Shown: positions 35,229 through 48,542 of the stretch, in pieces
How the letters are laid out: every line of letters starts with the position of its first letter
How positions within the stretch are numbered: the first letter of the stretch is position 1
From: Massalongia carnosa
Lineage: Eukaryota
NCBI GenBank assembly: GCA_965645245.1
Contig: OZ287072.1
Location: 992,001 to 1,056,000 of the forward strand
Direction of reading: 5' to 3'
Length of the DNA stretch: 64,000 bases
Position numbers and translations under genes: made by a program
Notes under the pieces: generated by a model
Database searches by the model: none
Seen by the model: only the letters and a program-made list of their open reading frames with translations
Told to the model about the DNA's origin: nothing

Positions 35229-36329
35229 TCAAGTATGATTCACGCGGAAGCCCCTGTTGACAAGTCTATCCTCCACGGTATCGCTACCGAGGCCAACACG
35301 AACCCAGGCTCTCCATACATTAGGCGGCGGATTGCTGCCATTGAAATACATGTCACCATGACAACCGTCATGATAATAAGGCCCACAATTGTGTGGAATA
35401 TTTACAGGGCAGTTCGGTGACATGCATGGTTTTTTTGATGGATATAGGTGGAATGGATAGGAGTTTGGTCGAGGTGGTGGGCGTTTGCCGCCGAAAAATC
35501 CATTCATCAGCGAGTGGTGGATCTTAGGACCGGGAAACGAGCAGGAGGTTTTCTTTACGCGTTTACCCCTGATTGAGCGTGGGAAGCTAGAAGTGACGCG
35601 ATTGGTGGGTGGATGGTAGTAGCGAAACCACTGCCTGAATTGGTCAGGGGTTAAAGGCTGGTCTGATTCGCGGCCTGGGATATTAGGATTGAAATGGACG
35701 GTACTTGAAGTTTTAATACCATCTAGCTTGCAGGAATATTTGTAGGAAGACTGACTGGAAGGGTAGCCACGCGAAGATTGATCGCTGTTAGAAAGCTGGT
35801 GCGTAGGCTTGACTGGCAGGTCGGAGGCGCTCGTTTGCTTTACTTTTCTCAGCTGGCGACTGAGAGGAGGGGCTTGGATAGCAACTCGTGTACCTGCTGA
35901 GCTTGGCTTGCGAGGTTGTTGGCAGCGATCTTCATTCATGGTATTATTTGTAGATAGGGGTTGGCTTTCGCGATCAGATTGGCCACGGGTGGAGAGCTTA
36001 TTTGGCTTCAGTGAGTTGTGGAGCTTTTCAAGAGTAGCTCCAACGATGATTCCATCCCAAGAAGGATCGGCTAGTTCTTCCTTTCCATCGTCAGATTCTA
36101 AGTTAAAGGTAAAGTCCAGTCCAAGGTCTTTCAGATTGATTTCCGTGGCGTCATCAGCACCAGTGTTATTTCGAGGGTCTTCTGACTGACCAGTTCCTGT
36201 CTCGCTGTCGACGTTGAGCATGCTGATATATGTCTCGCTCTGTAGTAGTGCTTCTTGTTGCTCCTCCAGGCATCCGGTTTCGCTGGAGAGGATTCGACCG
36301 AAAAGGCGTGAAATCCCGCGGCGGATCAT
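35229..36329 (-). CDS. Hypothetical 366-aa protein, largely disordered, with a C-terminal Cys/His cluster
   Basis: Long ATG-initiated ORF. CMSPNCPVNIPHNCGPYYHDGCH may bind metal. No family recognised. Confidence 0.6.
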   Translation of the reverse strand: MIRRGISRLFGRILSSETGCLEEQQEALLQSETYISMLNVDSETGTGQSEDPRNNTGADDATEINLKDLGLDFTFNLESDDGKEELADPSWDGIIVGATLEKLHNSLKPNKLSTRGQSDRESQPLSTNNTMNEDRCQQPRKPSSAGTRVAIQAPPLSRQLRKVKQTSASDLPVKPTHQLSNSDQSSRGYPSSQSSYKYSCKLDGIKTSSTVHFNPNIPGRESDQPLTPDQFRQWFRYYHPPTNRVTSSFPRSIRGKRVKKTSCSFPGPKIHHSLMNGFFGGKRPPPRPNSYPFHLYPSKKPCMSPNCPVNIPHNCGPYYHDGCHGDMYFNGSNPPPNVWRAWVRVGLGSDTVEDRLVNRGFRVNHT

Positions 36330-36796
36330 GCTGACTGCTATCCAAAGGTATATCGAAGCTCGTCGATTAATGAACTATAACTAGGTGGCTGCTTGCTAAT
36401 TAAGGTTCCGATGAAAAGCTTAAGGAATGATAGGACATGAACCGGGAAGATTTTTGCCCTCATCTTATGCTCCTGGAAAAAGGCAAGTAGGCGTTGTGTT
36501 GCTTGCTTGAGTGCCAAGTTTCTTTATTTCTATTTCTTTGTATCTCTACTGATCACTTTTATATAGAACATTGGCTTTGTGCCTCCTTGTTTCTGAGCCA
36601 AGACATTGTTGAAGATAGAGGTTTGACAAAGAAGCTTTGAACACAAGTGACAAATGTACCCCTTTGATAACAGAAAATATAAACTCGAGCACGATCCAAC
36701 TTATTCTCTCTATTCCAAATATTCACAAACAGCAAGATACCAAATTCAATAGACTATACCCAACACAACCTTTTCATCATCCATAGCTCAGGAATC

Positions 36797-36991
36797 ATGG
36801 GTTGCGGTCCATCACGGCCCCGCGCTGCTACCCCCGGGGAAGTTCAGCTTGCGAATGCATGGGCTAAGAGCTTGCGAGAGGGAGACCGCTTACGAGAAGA
36901 AAGGCGTTCCCGAGGAGAATTAAAGTGGGCCACACCACTTCCTACCAGATCCGGCAACCGAGGTCGAGAGTGGTTATATGGCGCTAATTGA
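36797..36991 (+). CDS. Small putative lipid-anchored protein, 64 aa
   Basis: Starts MGCGPSR (N-myristoylation plus palmitoylation consensus). TATAAA at about 36678, C/A-rich leader, and a GC-rich ORF inside AT-rich flanks. Confidence 0.6.
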   Translation: MGCGPSRPRAATPGEVQLANAWAKSLREGDRLREERRSRGELKWATPLPTRSGNRGREWLYGAN

Positions 36992-38598
36992 GTGCTTAAC
37001 CATGGCTCTCTTGTTGATCTTTCTTATAAATCTCTCGCTTGATCTATTTTCATGCTTTGGATGGGCATTTGGGAAGGTTTGATCCAGATTTTCTAATATT
37101 TTCTTGGGTTTAACCATTTCAAATTAGCATTATCACTTAGAAATCCAGATTTCATTCTCTTCCTCTTAAAACTGTCACGTCTAACGATGAAATACGCGAT
37201 AGCTCTAAAAAAACCTTGAACCATGAAAAAAAAATTAGGAAACAATACGACACACTAGAAATCAAAACTTCAACTCCTCAACCATGAAGAGTTTTTGAAA
37301 TAAAAACCTATCGATCAAACAAGATCTGTGCGCAAAAATTGACAATTGAATCTTAGTAATCCTAAGCCCACAACATGTTCCATAGAGACTTACCTCAATA
37401 TGAAACTTTTGTTTCATTAATATCTAAATGCATTATTTTTTGTGCTTCATCAACAACGCCTTATTTCAAGGGAATGAAGGGGAAAGGACAACGGAACGAA
37501 GTTAGAAGAACCAGTGTGAGCGAACAAGAGATGAAGTCAAAGCCCAAAATATTTCGAACAAACATAAACTTGGCGGTTGCTCGTTCTCTCCCGCAAGCGC
37601 GGACCCATACCAGAATTTAGGGCTCGTACTTTCATTCCGAATAGATCCTCCCATCATGAGCCTAAAATGTTACTAGACGAACTTTTATGAATATCCCACA
37701 GCTCTGGATGCTCATAAAACCTGGACTTCAGTTAACATCGTAAACTCTGTATGCAACAAATAGGCATCCTCTCGATTATTCACGAAACAGTCGAGGCCTA
37801 CGATAAACGAAGTATAGGTACCTAAATTGTTAGAGGGAATAGGTTCCATGGTATTGGAGCTGAGCGTAAATCTTACGAAACTTTAGGCGAGGGTGCTGTT
37901 CATACATAACGTAGGGAAAACGGAAGTCACAAGTTCTAGACCAAATACCCTTCGAATGGGGAGATTTTTCAACGACCTCTTCTGATAACGAGTTGGCTCT
38001 GCACCTGTCTCTATCTAATCTATTGAATTATTACCATCGCGATCGCTACCTCTAAACTTCCTACCTTCCCTACTTTCCTAACCTATACGGTAACGTCGTC
38101 TCTATACCTCACCGTTTCTGTTCCCTACTTTTCACCTACCTTATTACCTACCACCCTTGGTGCCTTTCCCTCCCCCCATATGTTTCTGTTTTAATGTTCC
38201 TGGACCAATTTGAGTATCATAAACACAAAAGTAGTCATGCGTATCCTAGTGGAGGTTACTTGGATCAAAATATAAGGTAAGGGGAGTTCGAAAGGAACGC
38301 TCCAAACCTAGATTCACGCATTGATAGAAATAGATGTCTGATTTCGACTCAGCCCGAGATGGCTTAGTAGGTCCATTCGTTATGGAGGCGATTCTCTGAG
38401 AGCATTATACTAGGCCTAATTAAACTTGTATTTCCACTTCCAGCGGTGCTTCTGTACACATTGCTGCTGATCTGGCATATTAGTTTGTTGAAATGCGCGT
38501 TTTGGTTATACTGATAGGGTATTCGCTATGAACTAGTTTCGTAAATATTTAAATATTATTCATAGAAATCTTCACATGCTCATAAATGTTGAAAATTA

Positions 38599-39969
38599 TC
38601 AAAGGTGCGGTACAAAATTCGACCAATTAACGCTGGCGAAAGCAGTGGCCGGCAGAGCTCTTAGACTCAAAAACCCCTCAACAATCACATAACTTCGCGC
38701 AAGAATGTACACCGCAATCACCGGCCCGTGAATCAAAAGCGCCGCCCTACGCGAAAGTAGCCTTGCCATGCCCAAAAGCGTTGTGACCTTATCATTATTG
38801 AACCATACTTTCGCAAGCCGTTTCGCCATTATTGTTCCAAAGGCAAAACCGAGAAGATACACTATCAACAAACCTAACAGTGTTAGACTTGAGATCCGCC
38901 ACAGCATCCGTTCTGCGGCCGATGGGAAATTAAAGCGCCATCCGACAAGATGGAGGCTGAAATAGATGATGGTAAAGATTAGACCGTAGATGACATCAGC
39001 GGTTTTAAGGCCTCTTGGGGGAACCGTATCAATATTGCTAAATTGATTGATCAAGACACAGTCAGGTTTTGTTCGCCAGTCGAACACCCTCCGAATGGCA
39101 AACCAAAAGGGCGCAACGAGACTCATGGGATCGGCCTGCGGCTTGATAAAGTCGAGTGGCGTTTGCGAGTATGTTTGGCAAGCTCTGCCCTCAGATTTTG
39201 CCAAAATTTCTCCGATTGTGATGCTGCAAGGTAAGACTATTGGCGTCCCCACGTCAAGAGGCTTGTGTCTCCAGAAAAACAGCGTATTCAGAGAACAGAA
39301 TATAAAGGCTAGAGTAGAGAGCTCGAATGTCGAAAGTGCAAGATGCTGAACGCAGCGGCCAACACACTGAATGAAGAACCATACAATTTGTAAAAGTGTA
39401 AGGGCGCGTGCGAAAGCGTCAGCTTTGTTTTTATCCCATATAACCCCTACTTTGAGATTGGGGTACTCTAGATGACTCTTCTCCACCAGATAAAGAACTT
39501 GCTGGCTGTTGACTGGAAACGGTGCGCTGTCTGAACAATGAAGAAGAAGCCCACCCATGTCGGCGAAGAAAGCGTGACGCATCGTCCACGGAATGCTTTT
39601 CAGTCGAGAAAGTTTCTCCGATTGTAAGGGTGACTCCGACTCCCATTGGCTTTTGAGACGACCAAAGTCTTCAACCGACTGACATGCTGATCTCCATTGC
39701 TCTGCGGCAACTGCAGTGAGCATTTCCGGAAAGAAAATGGTGAAAAGCATCCATAGAGCCTTGTTTTTCAGTGAGCTGATTCGTCCTCCCTGTTCTGCTG
39801 ACACGTTCAGAAACAGGATCGACCAGCTACATAGAAATATGGTGACTAGGCAACTTTGTAAAATATCGAATGTTCCACGGCCGTCAGGCTGAGAGACCCA
39901 GCCACTCCCCTCCAACGGTTTTGCTATCGCCGTCGCGTTGCATGCGGTAGATATATTAGCGGGTGGCAT
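38599..39969 (-). CDS. Uncharacterised multi-pass fungal membrane protein, 456 aa
   Basis: Intronless ORF with several hydrophobic helices and motifs common in an expanded fungal family (GWVSQPDGRGTFDILQSC, FFADMGG, DKNKAD, FWRHKPLDV, FPSAAERMLWR). Confidence 0.85.
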   Translation of the reverse strand: MPPANISTACNATAIAKPLEGSGWVSQPDGRGTFDILQSCLVTIFLCSWSILFLNVSAEQGGRISSLKNKALWMLFTIFFPEMLTAVAAEQWRSACQSVEDFGRLKSQWESESPLQSEKLSRLKSIPWTMRHAFFADMGGLLLHCSDSAPFPVNSQQVLYLVEKSHLEYPNLKVGVIWDKNKADAFARALTLLQIVWFFIQCVGRCVQHLALSTFELSTLAFIFCSLNTLFFWRHKPLDVGTPIVLPCSITIGEILAKSEGRACQTYSQTPLDFIKPQADPMSLVAPFWFAIRRVFDWRTKPDCVLINQFSNIDTVPPRGLKTADVIYGLIFTIIYFSLHLVGWRFNFPSAAERMLWRISSLTLLGLLIVYLLGFAFGTIMAKRLAKVWFNNDKVTTLLGMARLLSRRAALLIHGPVIAVYILARSYVIVEGFLSLRALPATAFASVNWSNFVPHL

Positions 39970-41237
39970 GTGGGTAATACTTTTGCATCATGAACTTCTC
40001 ATTACGAACAGTCCGAAGAAAGCGATTGAAGGACATAACCTATATGATGGAGCGCTGCTAAATTTGCAGCGCTTCCATCCTTACTCGGTCCCACCACACT
40101 CGTATCAGTCATGTTTCCCTGTGCTCCAATGGGAGCTGCAGGCAAGATGACAGCCCTTCAAATTTCCTTGCACAGCCAGAACTAAAATAGCATATTTAAA
40201 CATGTGAAAATCCCATAATTAAACAACATCTCTAACACGAAGTGTATTACTTTAAAAGACATCAAACTCATGAATGAATGAAACGTCATTTACCTCGTCA
40301 GCTCCTTCATTAATGGAGTTTATCATTTCATCAGGTTGTATAAGGCGGGAATGGCATAACGTGTATCAGCGTCAACCACTTTCATAATCAGTGGATCCGT
40401 CTAGTTGCATCAAAATCCAAGCAGTCTGACTAAATTCCGAATTGCATAAGCTTTGAATGACAGTTGATGCCTCAAACAATTAAGCTTAGCTTTTTATTTA
40501 CAACAGTTAAGTAACAAACTAACAAAACGACTACAAGAAGAAAAAGGTTATTTTATGTACATATTTTTGGTTGTTTTTGGAACGAATCATCAAAACGTTG
40601 TGGAGGGATAAACTGAGTGGCGTGCGTGGTCCACCGTAGCTGGAAGAACATGGCAATGGAACAAACAAGAGAAGCGTAAAATCACTGTATGCCTCTTGCC
40701 TTGTGGACCGTATCACGTATGTATCGATTGTCACTGACTTCCCGCTGGAAAAACTAACTCCCGAGTCCGTTTATCATCCAGATCTTAAGTATTACAGCTC
40801 TACCTTAATTAAATTTATTAAATTTTATAATGAGTCATGATAACATTAATAAGTTAATCAATTATGACGAAATCATAATTTTTAACGATAATTTGTAAAC
40901 GATAAAAAGAATCAACTCTATTGGTCGAATACTTCTGAGGTACGCTAAACTAAAAGGGAAACGACAACCCTCTGGGCGATTATTAGTAGTTGAGTCAATT
41001 CAACCCCATTCAACGAGGCTGCGTCGCGTGATGTTTGTCCTAACAGCGATCAACTTGGCAGCAACAGCGGAGCTATATGCCCTTCCTGGATCTCTCAAAT
41101 TTTGCATAGGAATAATCGCTGCGAAAACACCACTGCGCCCGCAGCCTTTAATTAGCACAGTATCGAGGAACCGGTATTGGAAAGACACTCGAAACGTAAA
41201 CCGATATCTTACAAACATTTCGAGCCGCTCTATATCA

Positions 41238-42761
41238 ATGGATCACCATAGAAAATCAGTGGAAGATGTCTCTGCTAGCGTCCGCGGATTCTACGACCGA
41301 AAAGAAAAATTTCGTATTTTCCACGGTTCTACAAACAGCACACGCGGGGCCGCCAAAGGCACCAATGTCGTCGATACAAGCCTGCTATCGCACGTCCTGA
41401 AGATCGATGTCGAAAAGCAAACCGCTTTGGTGGAACCGAATGTGCCGATGGACCGCTTAGTAGAAGCCACTTTAAAATACGGGTTGATACCACCTGTCGT
41501 GATGGAATTTCCAGGTATCACAGTTGGAGGTGGCTACGCAGGGACCTCCGGCGAAAGTAGTTCGTTCAAACATGGGTTTTTCGATCGTACCATCAACTAT
41601 GTAGAGATGGTGCTTGCTAACGGAGAGGTGGTGACTTGCTCACACAGCGAGAAGCCCGATTTGTTTCACGGCTCCGCAGGAGCGGCTGGAACCCTAGGCG
41701 TTGCGACCCTTGTAGAAATCCAGCTCAGGAAAGCAAAAAAGTATGTCGAGACAACATATTATCCTGTTTCGAGTATTGCCGAAGCGAGGGAGAAGCTTGA
41801 ACAGATCACTACGGACCCTAACGCTGAAGTTGATTATGTCGATGGCATACTCTTTTCAAGGGATCGAGGAGCCATCATAACAGGTATTTTAACGGACAAT
41901 CCTAAGGAGAGCATGCAAATCCGACGCTTTAGCGACGCGAATGACCCATGGTTCTACCTACATGTCAAGGATCTAGTCACAAACCGGACAGGTGCTATCT
42001 CAGAAGCTATTCCACTAGCCGAGTACCTTTTTCGTTATGATCGCGGTGGTTTCTGGGTCGGAGCTTCGGCGTTTGAGTACTTTAACGTACCAAACACTGC
42101 TTTCACACGGTGGTGGCTAGACGACTTTCTGCATACACGAATGATGTATACTGCGCTGCATGCGAGTGGGCAATCGAAGAGATACGTGGTGCAAGATCTC
42201 GCCTTACCGTATTCCGCTGTGGACCAATTCGTCGATTATACAGACAAGGCGTTTGGAATCTATCCGCTTTGGCTATGTCCCTTGCGCCAAAGCCCCGCAC
42301 CAACCTTGCATCCACACGCCTATGAAACAGCAACGGACGGTTCGAAAGTTCAAAAACCTATGCTCAACGTTGGCCTTTGGGGCAACGGACCTGCTCAATA
42401 CGATGAGTTCGTACGGCTGAATCGGGACCTTGAATGCAAGCTGCGCGAACTTGGTGGTATGAAATGGCTATACGCACACACATACTATCAGGAAGAGGAG
42501 TTTTGGCAGATATATGACCGTAAATGGTACGACGAATTGCGTGTGAAATACGACGCAACATCCTTAACGAGCATATATGAGAAAGTAAGGATTGATGTCG
42601 AAGCGGAGAAGAGAGTGGCAAATGCACAATCGTTTCTACAGTCACTGCTTAACAAGTGGCCAATCAGTGGGTTTTATGGGATTGGGAAAGCAATTGAGAG
42701 TCGTGCCTTTCTGCAGGCGAGAACAGCGGCGTGGAAATCGGTGGAGCAGACACGGAATTGA
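41238..42761 (+). CDS. FAD-binding oxidoreductase, delta(24)-sterol reductase (DHCR24/DIMINUTO)-like
   Basis: FRIFHGSTNSTR, VEPNVPMDRLV, PPVVMEFPGITVGGG, ESSSFKHG, YLFRYDRGGFW, PLWLCP and KWLYAHTYY. Likely start is MDHHRK at 41238. Confidence 0.88.
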   Translation: MDHHRKSVEDVSASVRGFYDRKEKFRIFHGSTNSTRGAAKGTNVVDTSLLSHVLKIDVEKQTALVEPNVPMDRLVEATLKYGLIPPVVMEFPGITVGGGYAGTSGESSSFKHGFFDRTINYVEMVLANGEVVTCSHSEKPDLFHGSAGAAGTLGVATLVEIQLRKAKKYVETTYYPVSSIAEAREKLEQITTDPNAEVDYVDGILFSRDRGAIITGILTDNPKESMQIRRFSDANDPWFYLHVKDLVTNRTGAISEAIPLAEYLFRYDRGGFWVGASAFEYFNVPNTAFTRWWLDDFLHTRMMYTALHASGQSKRYVVQDLALPYSAVDQFVDYTDKAFGIYPLWLCPLRQSPAPTLHPHAYETATDGSKVQKPMLNVGLWGNGPAQYDEFVRLNRDLECKLRELGGMKWLYAHTYYQEEEFWQIYDRKWYDELRVKYDATSLTSIYEKVRIDVEAEKRVANAQSFLQSLLNKWPISGFYGIGKAIESRAFLQARTAAWKSVEQTRN

Positions 42762-45738
42762 GAATTAATCAGATAGATGGAGATATAGCCGGCATACACC
42801 CGATATTTCTGGTCTAGCCAGTGCGTTTCTAGCATCGCATTAACGAATAACACAATACCACCATGGCTGATGGGGACTGACATCCTAGAAGGGCAAGGGT
42901 GAAAAGCTGTCATAAGTGAGCCTTGGAGACTTTGTTCATTCTTCACCATCCATCCTCCGAAATTGACCATCAGATAGATCCCATAAGCGAGCCGGTTCCC
43001 TTCCCCTTTAAGAATTCAAATGGCTTCTGGAAGAGTTGGCTTTGATGAAGGCTAGGGTGCTAAATCTAAGTACTTCTGTGGTTCTGGTTTACTGGAATAT
43101 CCTTGCTGCTACCTGGGATTTTTCGATATCCTGCCCCTTCTATCAAGCTTTATGTAGAATCACAAAAAATAATAAGATCTAAATTATCACAGCTAGCCCG
43201 CTCATTTCTTTTCCAAATATCTGTTGGCAAGGAACTATACGACTTTCTCTCACAAACAAGCTACTCACTTGCCCAATTGTCAGCTCTTATTCTTAAGTCG
43301 GTTGTCGGCTATCTTTTTTTGCTGGAGATCTAACTTCTTCTCCATTCACCTTGAAAGGTGAATTGTAAAAAAAAGACTTTCCCAATGAAATTAGCTCAAT
43401 TTTTCAATGCCTCAGGCGCCATGCTCTGGGCGAATTTTCTCCGGGAGAGTTTGCGCTGCAATCCTGTACGCCAGATCAAAATGTCCTGGCGCCTTACTCG
43501 AAACCCAAGTTATCAGAGAAATGTTGGCTTGAGGACGGGGCTGCGATGACCAGGGCTAGGTTAATCATTCGTTATCCAATAGCCGGGATCCCCTTTCCGA
43601 GCGTAAATTAAGCTCGGGCTTGATAGAATGAAATATTGTCATGAGGGAAGGGGGGGGGGGAGTTTACCTACGATGTTTGCTTTGAATCCCATGCACATGA
43701 AGGGGAACAAACATAGGAGTGCCTGACGACAAGGGAAATGGCGGATGGAGGGTAAGAGAGAGTTAATAAAAGGGGGTTTTTGCTTATTATTTCTGATAGA
43801 AAATGCAGGGAGGATCGGTGGTGAGGGTGTTACCTAGACCGAGAGATCAGCACAGTGAAAAGATCCTTGGGGTTGTTGATGTACTGATCTGCCAAGGTTC
43901 CTTTATTCAAAAGTTAAGAATTCCTGGCGCCTTTTATTCTTTGGTCGATGTTGCTGTTGATATGGCGAGTTTGCAATAAGTACTCAACTACTTTATTCAG
44001 GCCTACTAAGACGACCTGAATAATATCTCTCGATTACTAAAATAATTGAAGGGTTTGTTTCTCGATTCTCGAGATAATTTCACATCCCCTTAGTTTCGAT
44101 TTCTTCTCTTTCTAATCCTCTTAATATCATATCTAGCTTTCATTTCTTCTCTTGCCACTCGTCTCACTATCATATACATAGCTTCTCTATTTATTTTCAA
44201 TATTGTAGATCAGCTCGCATTTTTCTATCATTTCTTTCCCTTGATATCCATTATACCTTTTCTCTCTGCCTTTCTCACATTCCTTGCCTGGGCCTTAACT
44301 ACTTGCCACCCTTGCCGTCCGTTCATCCCTTCGCTCTTCACTCACCTCTAGATTCCCTTTCTTCAGCCCTTGAGCCATTCATTCAAAAAGTGCTGTCCGC
44401 CGCAAGCAGACAGATAATAAGTGCATGGAAAGGAAAGAAAAAACTTGCTCTTTCAGGAAAAAGAAGTGGAGAATGGATACTAATTTAAGCGGAAGGAAGG
44501 AAAGACGATGAAATAAAGATGTGATCATCCTGCAACATGCCGAGACCGAGCTAGGTTTCCCAACGTTTTGGTTGATGAAACAATATTCAACTCACAGATG
44601 AGCGGACGTAGAGAGGGGGGTAAGGGGCAGGAAGTAGGAGGACGTACATTTCTATAAGAAAGAGGTCTGGCGAGATCATATATCGGATGAGTAGTCAGTT
44701 CATCCAATTTTCATGCCTAGCAGCGCGGTAATTTGAAGGCTTAATCTCTTCTCCTTGCGCTGCATAGCTTCAGTCTGCGTCGCCAAATCTTAGCGTCATT
44801 GTCATCATTAATTATCACCATCCCACATCGACTTCGTCTTCCCCTGATTCTTTAAGTCCTGCAGATGATGGGAAAACACCAAGGCATCCATCATTGTGGG
44901 CTCTAAAAATTGGCTCCTATGTGGCTGTGCGCCAAACCAAAATCTTTCGTTTCAAATTGTGGGAATAGGAGAAGAGGAGCGTTGTGTTCCAGATGCTGAC
45001 TGACGGAGTTGCTCGATCCCCGAATTTTGTATCGGCTGCTGGTCTGCTCAAGCTCCCAAGGTATCGCCGCATAGCGTCAAAGGAGCTTGGTAGCTGACGA
45101 TCTGTTTCACACTGTCGAGCGAATAAATAGCTAAACTACCTATGCGTTGGTCAGTAACGGGCGGAACAATCATTGTACTTGTCAGCTACATACATAAATA
45201 CATAACGTACCCCCAGCATCATACCAATCGCCATCGTATCCGCCATAACCGCTGCACACGGTTCCTAAATATCACTCGTCGCCCCCAGGACCCAATGCAG
45301 CCTTCCCTTCGCTCCAAGAGCACTCAGTGTCCCCCGTCGACCTGATAGCCGTCAGACGGGAGGTCATCCGGTGGAAATATCAATGGCTAAAATGCCAAAC
45401 CGAGCCTCCAGACAATTACGAATACACACGTACATACACATAACCAATCCGTCACCGCAGACGAAACAAGCAGCAGCAGCATACAGTTACCACCCGTGAT
45501 GACCCGTGCTATTTATCCTTCTAAGAGTGCTATTAGCTATAACTAGACTCGATCCATAGAACAGCAGAATACCCAGATCACTATAGCACGCTAACTTACT
45601 TCCTTTCTAACCAACCACAACAGCATTCCTTCCCCCACAATTCCATACCAGGACCAAAAAAAGACTTCTTCACCCTTCTAACTCACCTCTTCTCCTCCCC
45701 CTGTCCACCCCAAAACACTCACACCGGCACCGGTACTT

Positions 45739-45770
<32 letters not shown>
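45739..45770. repeat. (CAG)n microsatellite
   Basis: Directly visible AGC/CAG run in intergenic DNA. Confidence 0.85.
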
Positions 45771-46642
45771 CGAAACAGCCCATTTATTATTATGACTACC
45801 CAACATAAAAAATACCCACCACCCCACCATTGGGGCTAGCGCATAGGAATCGAACCTATCAGGCAACTTTAACTACCTATTGCCTTGAACTGACGTGTTC
45901 ACCCCCCTTCCGCTACTTGCCATTTCTACTCGGCTTGGCTGGCTTGGCTGGAACCTGAAGAAAGGAGAAAGAAGCTACTTTGGGGCGTTTTGCTGCAGCA
46001 GCTAGCAGCAGTAACACAGTCGTAGCAGCAAGCAGCAGCAGCAGCAAAAATAGTTGGTTAGCTCGATAATTAACTACTGAACATAGCTAACTCGGGGAAC
46101 GAACGCCATCGCGGGAACCTTGGGCGATCCGGTGGGACGACATGCCTACCAAGGTTTTGACTGAGAGATGGTGGCGGAGCACATTTGGCCGATGGCGTAT
46201 TCCGGAGCTGGATGTTATGTATACCTATATCATCTACCACCACCTCCACCCACGTGATAACAAAAAGAAACCTAACTCGACCCGGTAAATGGATTCATTA
46301 ACTCGTTTTTTTCCTTCCCAAGGGACCTCACTAGCGTTTTTAGTATGGTATGTAGGTGCATCGTTGGGAGCTGTTGACGGGATGTTCCGAAGACACGCAG
46401 GAATAAAATTATGCACATTATAGGTACGTAGCTGCATGGTAGGCGAGAATAACCGCAGTGGTGGCTAGTTTGTTTGACAGATACCCAAAGCAGTGGCGCA
46501 AAGATTTTCATGTACAAAAACCACTCCATCTCGAAATCTCTCAGACTACAAAATCTCCCCTTACCCCAATCCGCAACCAGAGTCACCAAAAGAAAAGATT
46601 AAAGGCAGTTTTTCCCCACCTACATTCTACAAAGAATCCTGC

Positions 46643-48542
46643 TTAAACCTTCTCCCCTTCGGCACTCCCGCTGCCGCTCTTTGAATCGCTCCGATACCCA
46701 GTCCGATGCCCGCTGCTGACAGGGTCGTAGTTGGCGGTACCAGGAACTTCACCCGCCAGTTCCTCAAGCGTCTTGCGCTTGGTCTCCGGGATTAGCATCG
46801 TAGTGAAGACGCCGAGTAGCATGAAAAGCGCGAAGATCTGCATCACGTGGTTGAGCCAAGGTGAGGCAGCGGTTCCGGTAGCACCGGGGGCGGCGCCGCG
46901 CTGGCGGAGTGGACCGAAGATGGTCTGCGCGATGATGGCACCGACTTTACCGGAGGCGGCGGAAAGGCCGTGTGAGGTGGAACGATAACGGGTTGGAAAG
47001 CATTCGCCAGGCACGATGAAAGTGGTTGAATTAGGGCCTGAAGCAGTTAGTTGGAGTTTTCGGGAAAGAGAGATGCTCTTCTTTTCAGGAGTGCGTTGGC
47101 AGCTTGCGGTGATTGGGGAGAGAAAACTCAAAGACTCACCAAAATTGAAGAAGAACTGAGCCAAAACGTAAAGTGCCAGGAGAGCACCATTGTGCTTGAG
47201 GAGCTGCTTGTAAGCGAACCCGATGCAAACAAATATGATGGTTAGCATAATAAAACCCATCATCTGGATGGGTTTACGGCCGATGGTATCCACGAGTGCC
47301 ACAGTAACCCAATAGCCGGGAATGGAACCAGCGCAGACAATGATGAGGTTTCCGACAGCGGTGTTGTAAAAGATCTTGTACATCGAGTCTCCCTTTGCGT
47401 ATCCAATGGCAGTTAAGATGATGGAGTTGTTTAGACCAAGACCGTAGAAAGCCACATCGAGTGTGAACCAGGAGCCCGCTGTGCCAAGCAAGACCTTGCC
47501 GTGCTTCCACTGGCGATAATGACGGAAAAAATCTCCCCAGCTAGCCTTGGGGATTTCGAGGCGTCCAACCGAGTCTTGAATGGTTGCGATACGGCGAATC
47601 TCATCAGGATGACCCTCAGCTTTGCCTTGAATATAAGCCTTGGTGTCCTCGCCGGCCTTCTCCACATCGCGAGCCACATCAAAAGTATAACGTGGTGTTT
47701 CCGGGATGGTCAATCGGTAATAAAGAGCGATGCAGCCTGGAACAGCGCCAAATCCAATGATAATACGCCACATCTTATCAACAGCGACACCACACACCCC
47801 ATCGCAGGCGGCAGCATTTTTTGCCGACAGGAGCGAATGTTTGAACCCTGTTGTGACAATAAGGGCGATCATGGCAGCAGTGAACTGACCAATGCCTTGC
47901 ATGGCGAAGACCGCTCCCATCATTGCTCCTCTCCATTTGGTTGTAGCAAATCTATGGGAAGTTAGAATTCATGTTTCAAGCGCTGGATTGCTTCATCGCC
48001 GCTTACTCCGAGGTGATGATCGAGGACAAAGGGTAATCGCCTCCAATCCCGATGCCCATAAGTACGCGCCAGAAAATTAGGATCCCCACGATTGAGATGG
48101 ATTGCGAGTCAGATGACAGAGCCTGAGCAAGAGTTGCAAAGATAATCAGGATGAGCTCCAGCCCGTACATTCTCTTGCGGCCCACGATATCTGCAGCAGC
48201 CCCAAAAGCCAACTGCCCAATCACGGTACCTCCAGAGGTGGCAACCTTGATGGCAGTGTCCGAATGCTCCGGTATGGTCCCCGCTTTTTTCTGATCCTTG
48301 GCGTCTTGCCAGTAGACCACCCCCAGCATGGCAGTAACCAGATTGATCGCGAAGATATCGTACGCATCAGTAAAGAAGCCTATACCAGCGACCACAACCG
48401 CGCGAATGTGATACCAACCGAACGGAGCCTTGTCGATTTCGGCGAGAGCAAGACGACGTCGCTCGTTTGGGTCGGCGATATGAGAGTAGTCATTGTGGAA
48501 GTTGTGGAAAGCGGCATTGCCGCCTGCAGTCTTTTGCGCCAT
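46643..48542 (-). CDS. PHO84: High-affinity phosphate:H+ symporter (MFS); introns 47952-48006 and 47038-47139
   Basis: [83 protein letters not shown]. Confidence 0.93.

Noticed and set aside
41028..41237. 70-aa N-terminal extension of the FAD oxidoreductase
   Set aside because: Non-ATG start and no family-like sequence; ATG 41238 is the more plausible start. The same applies to 18126-18353 upstream of the S53 gene.
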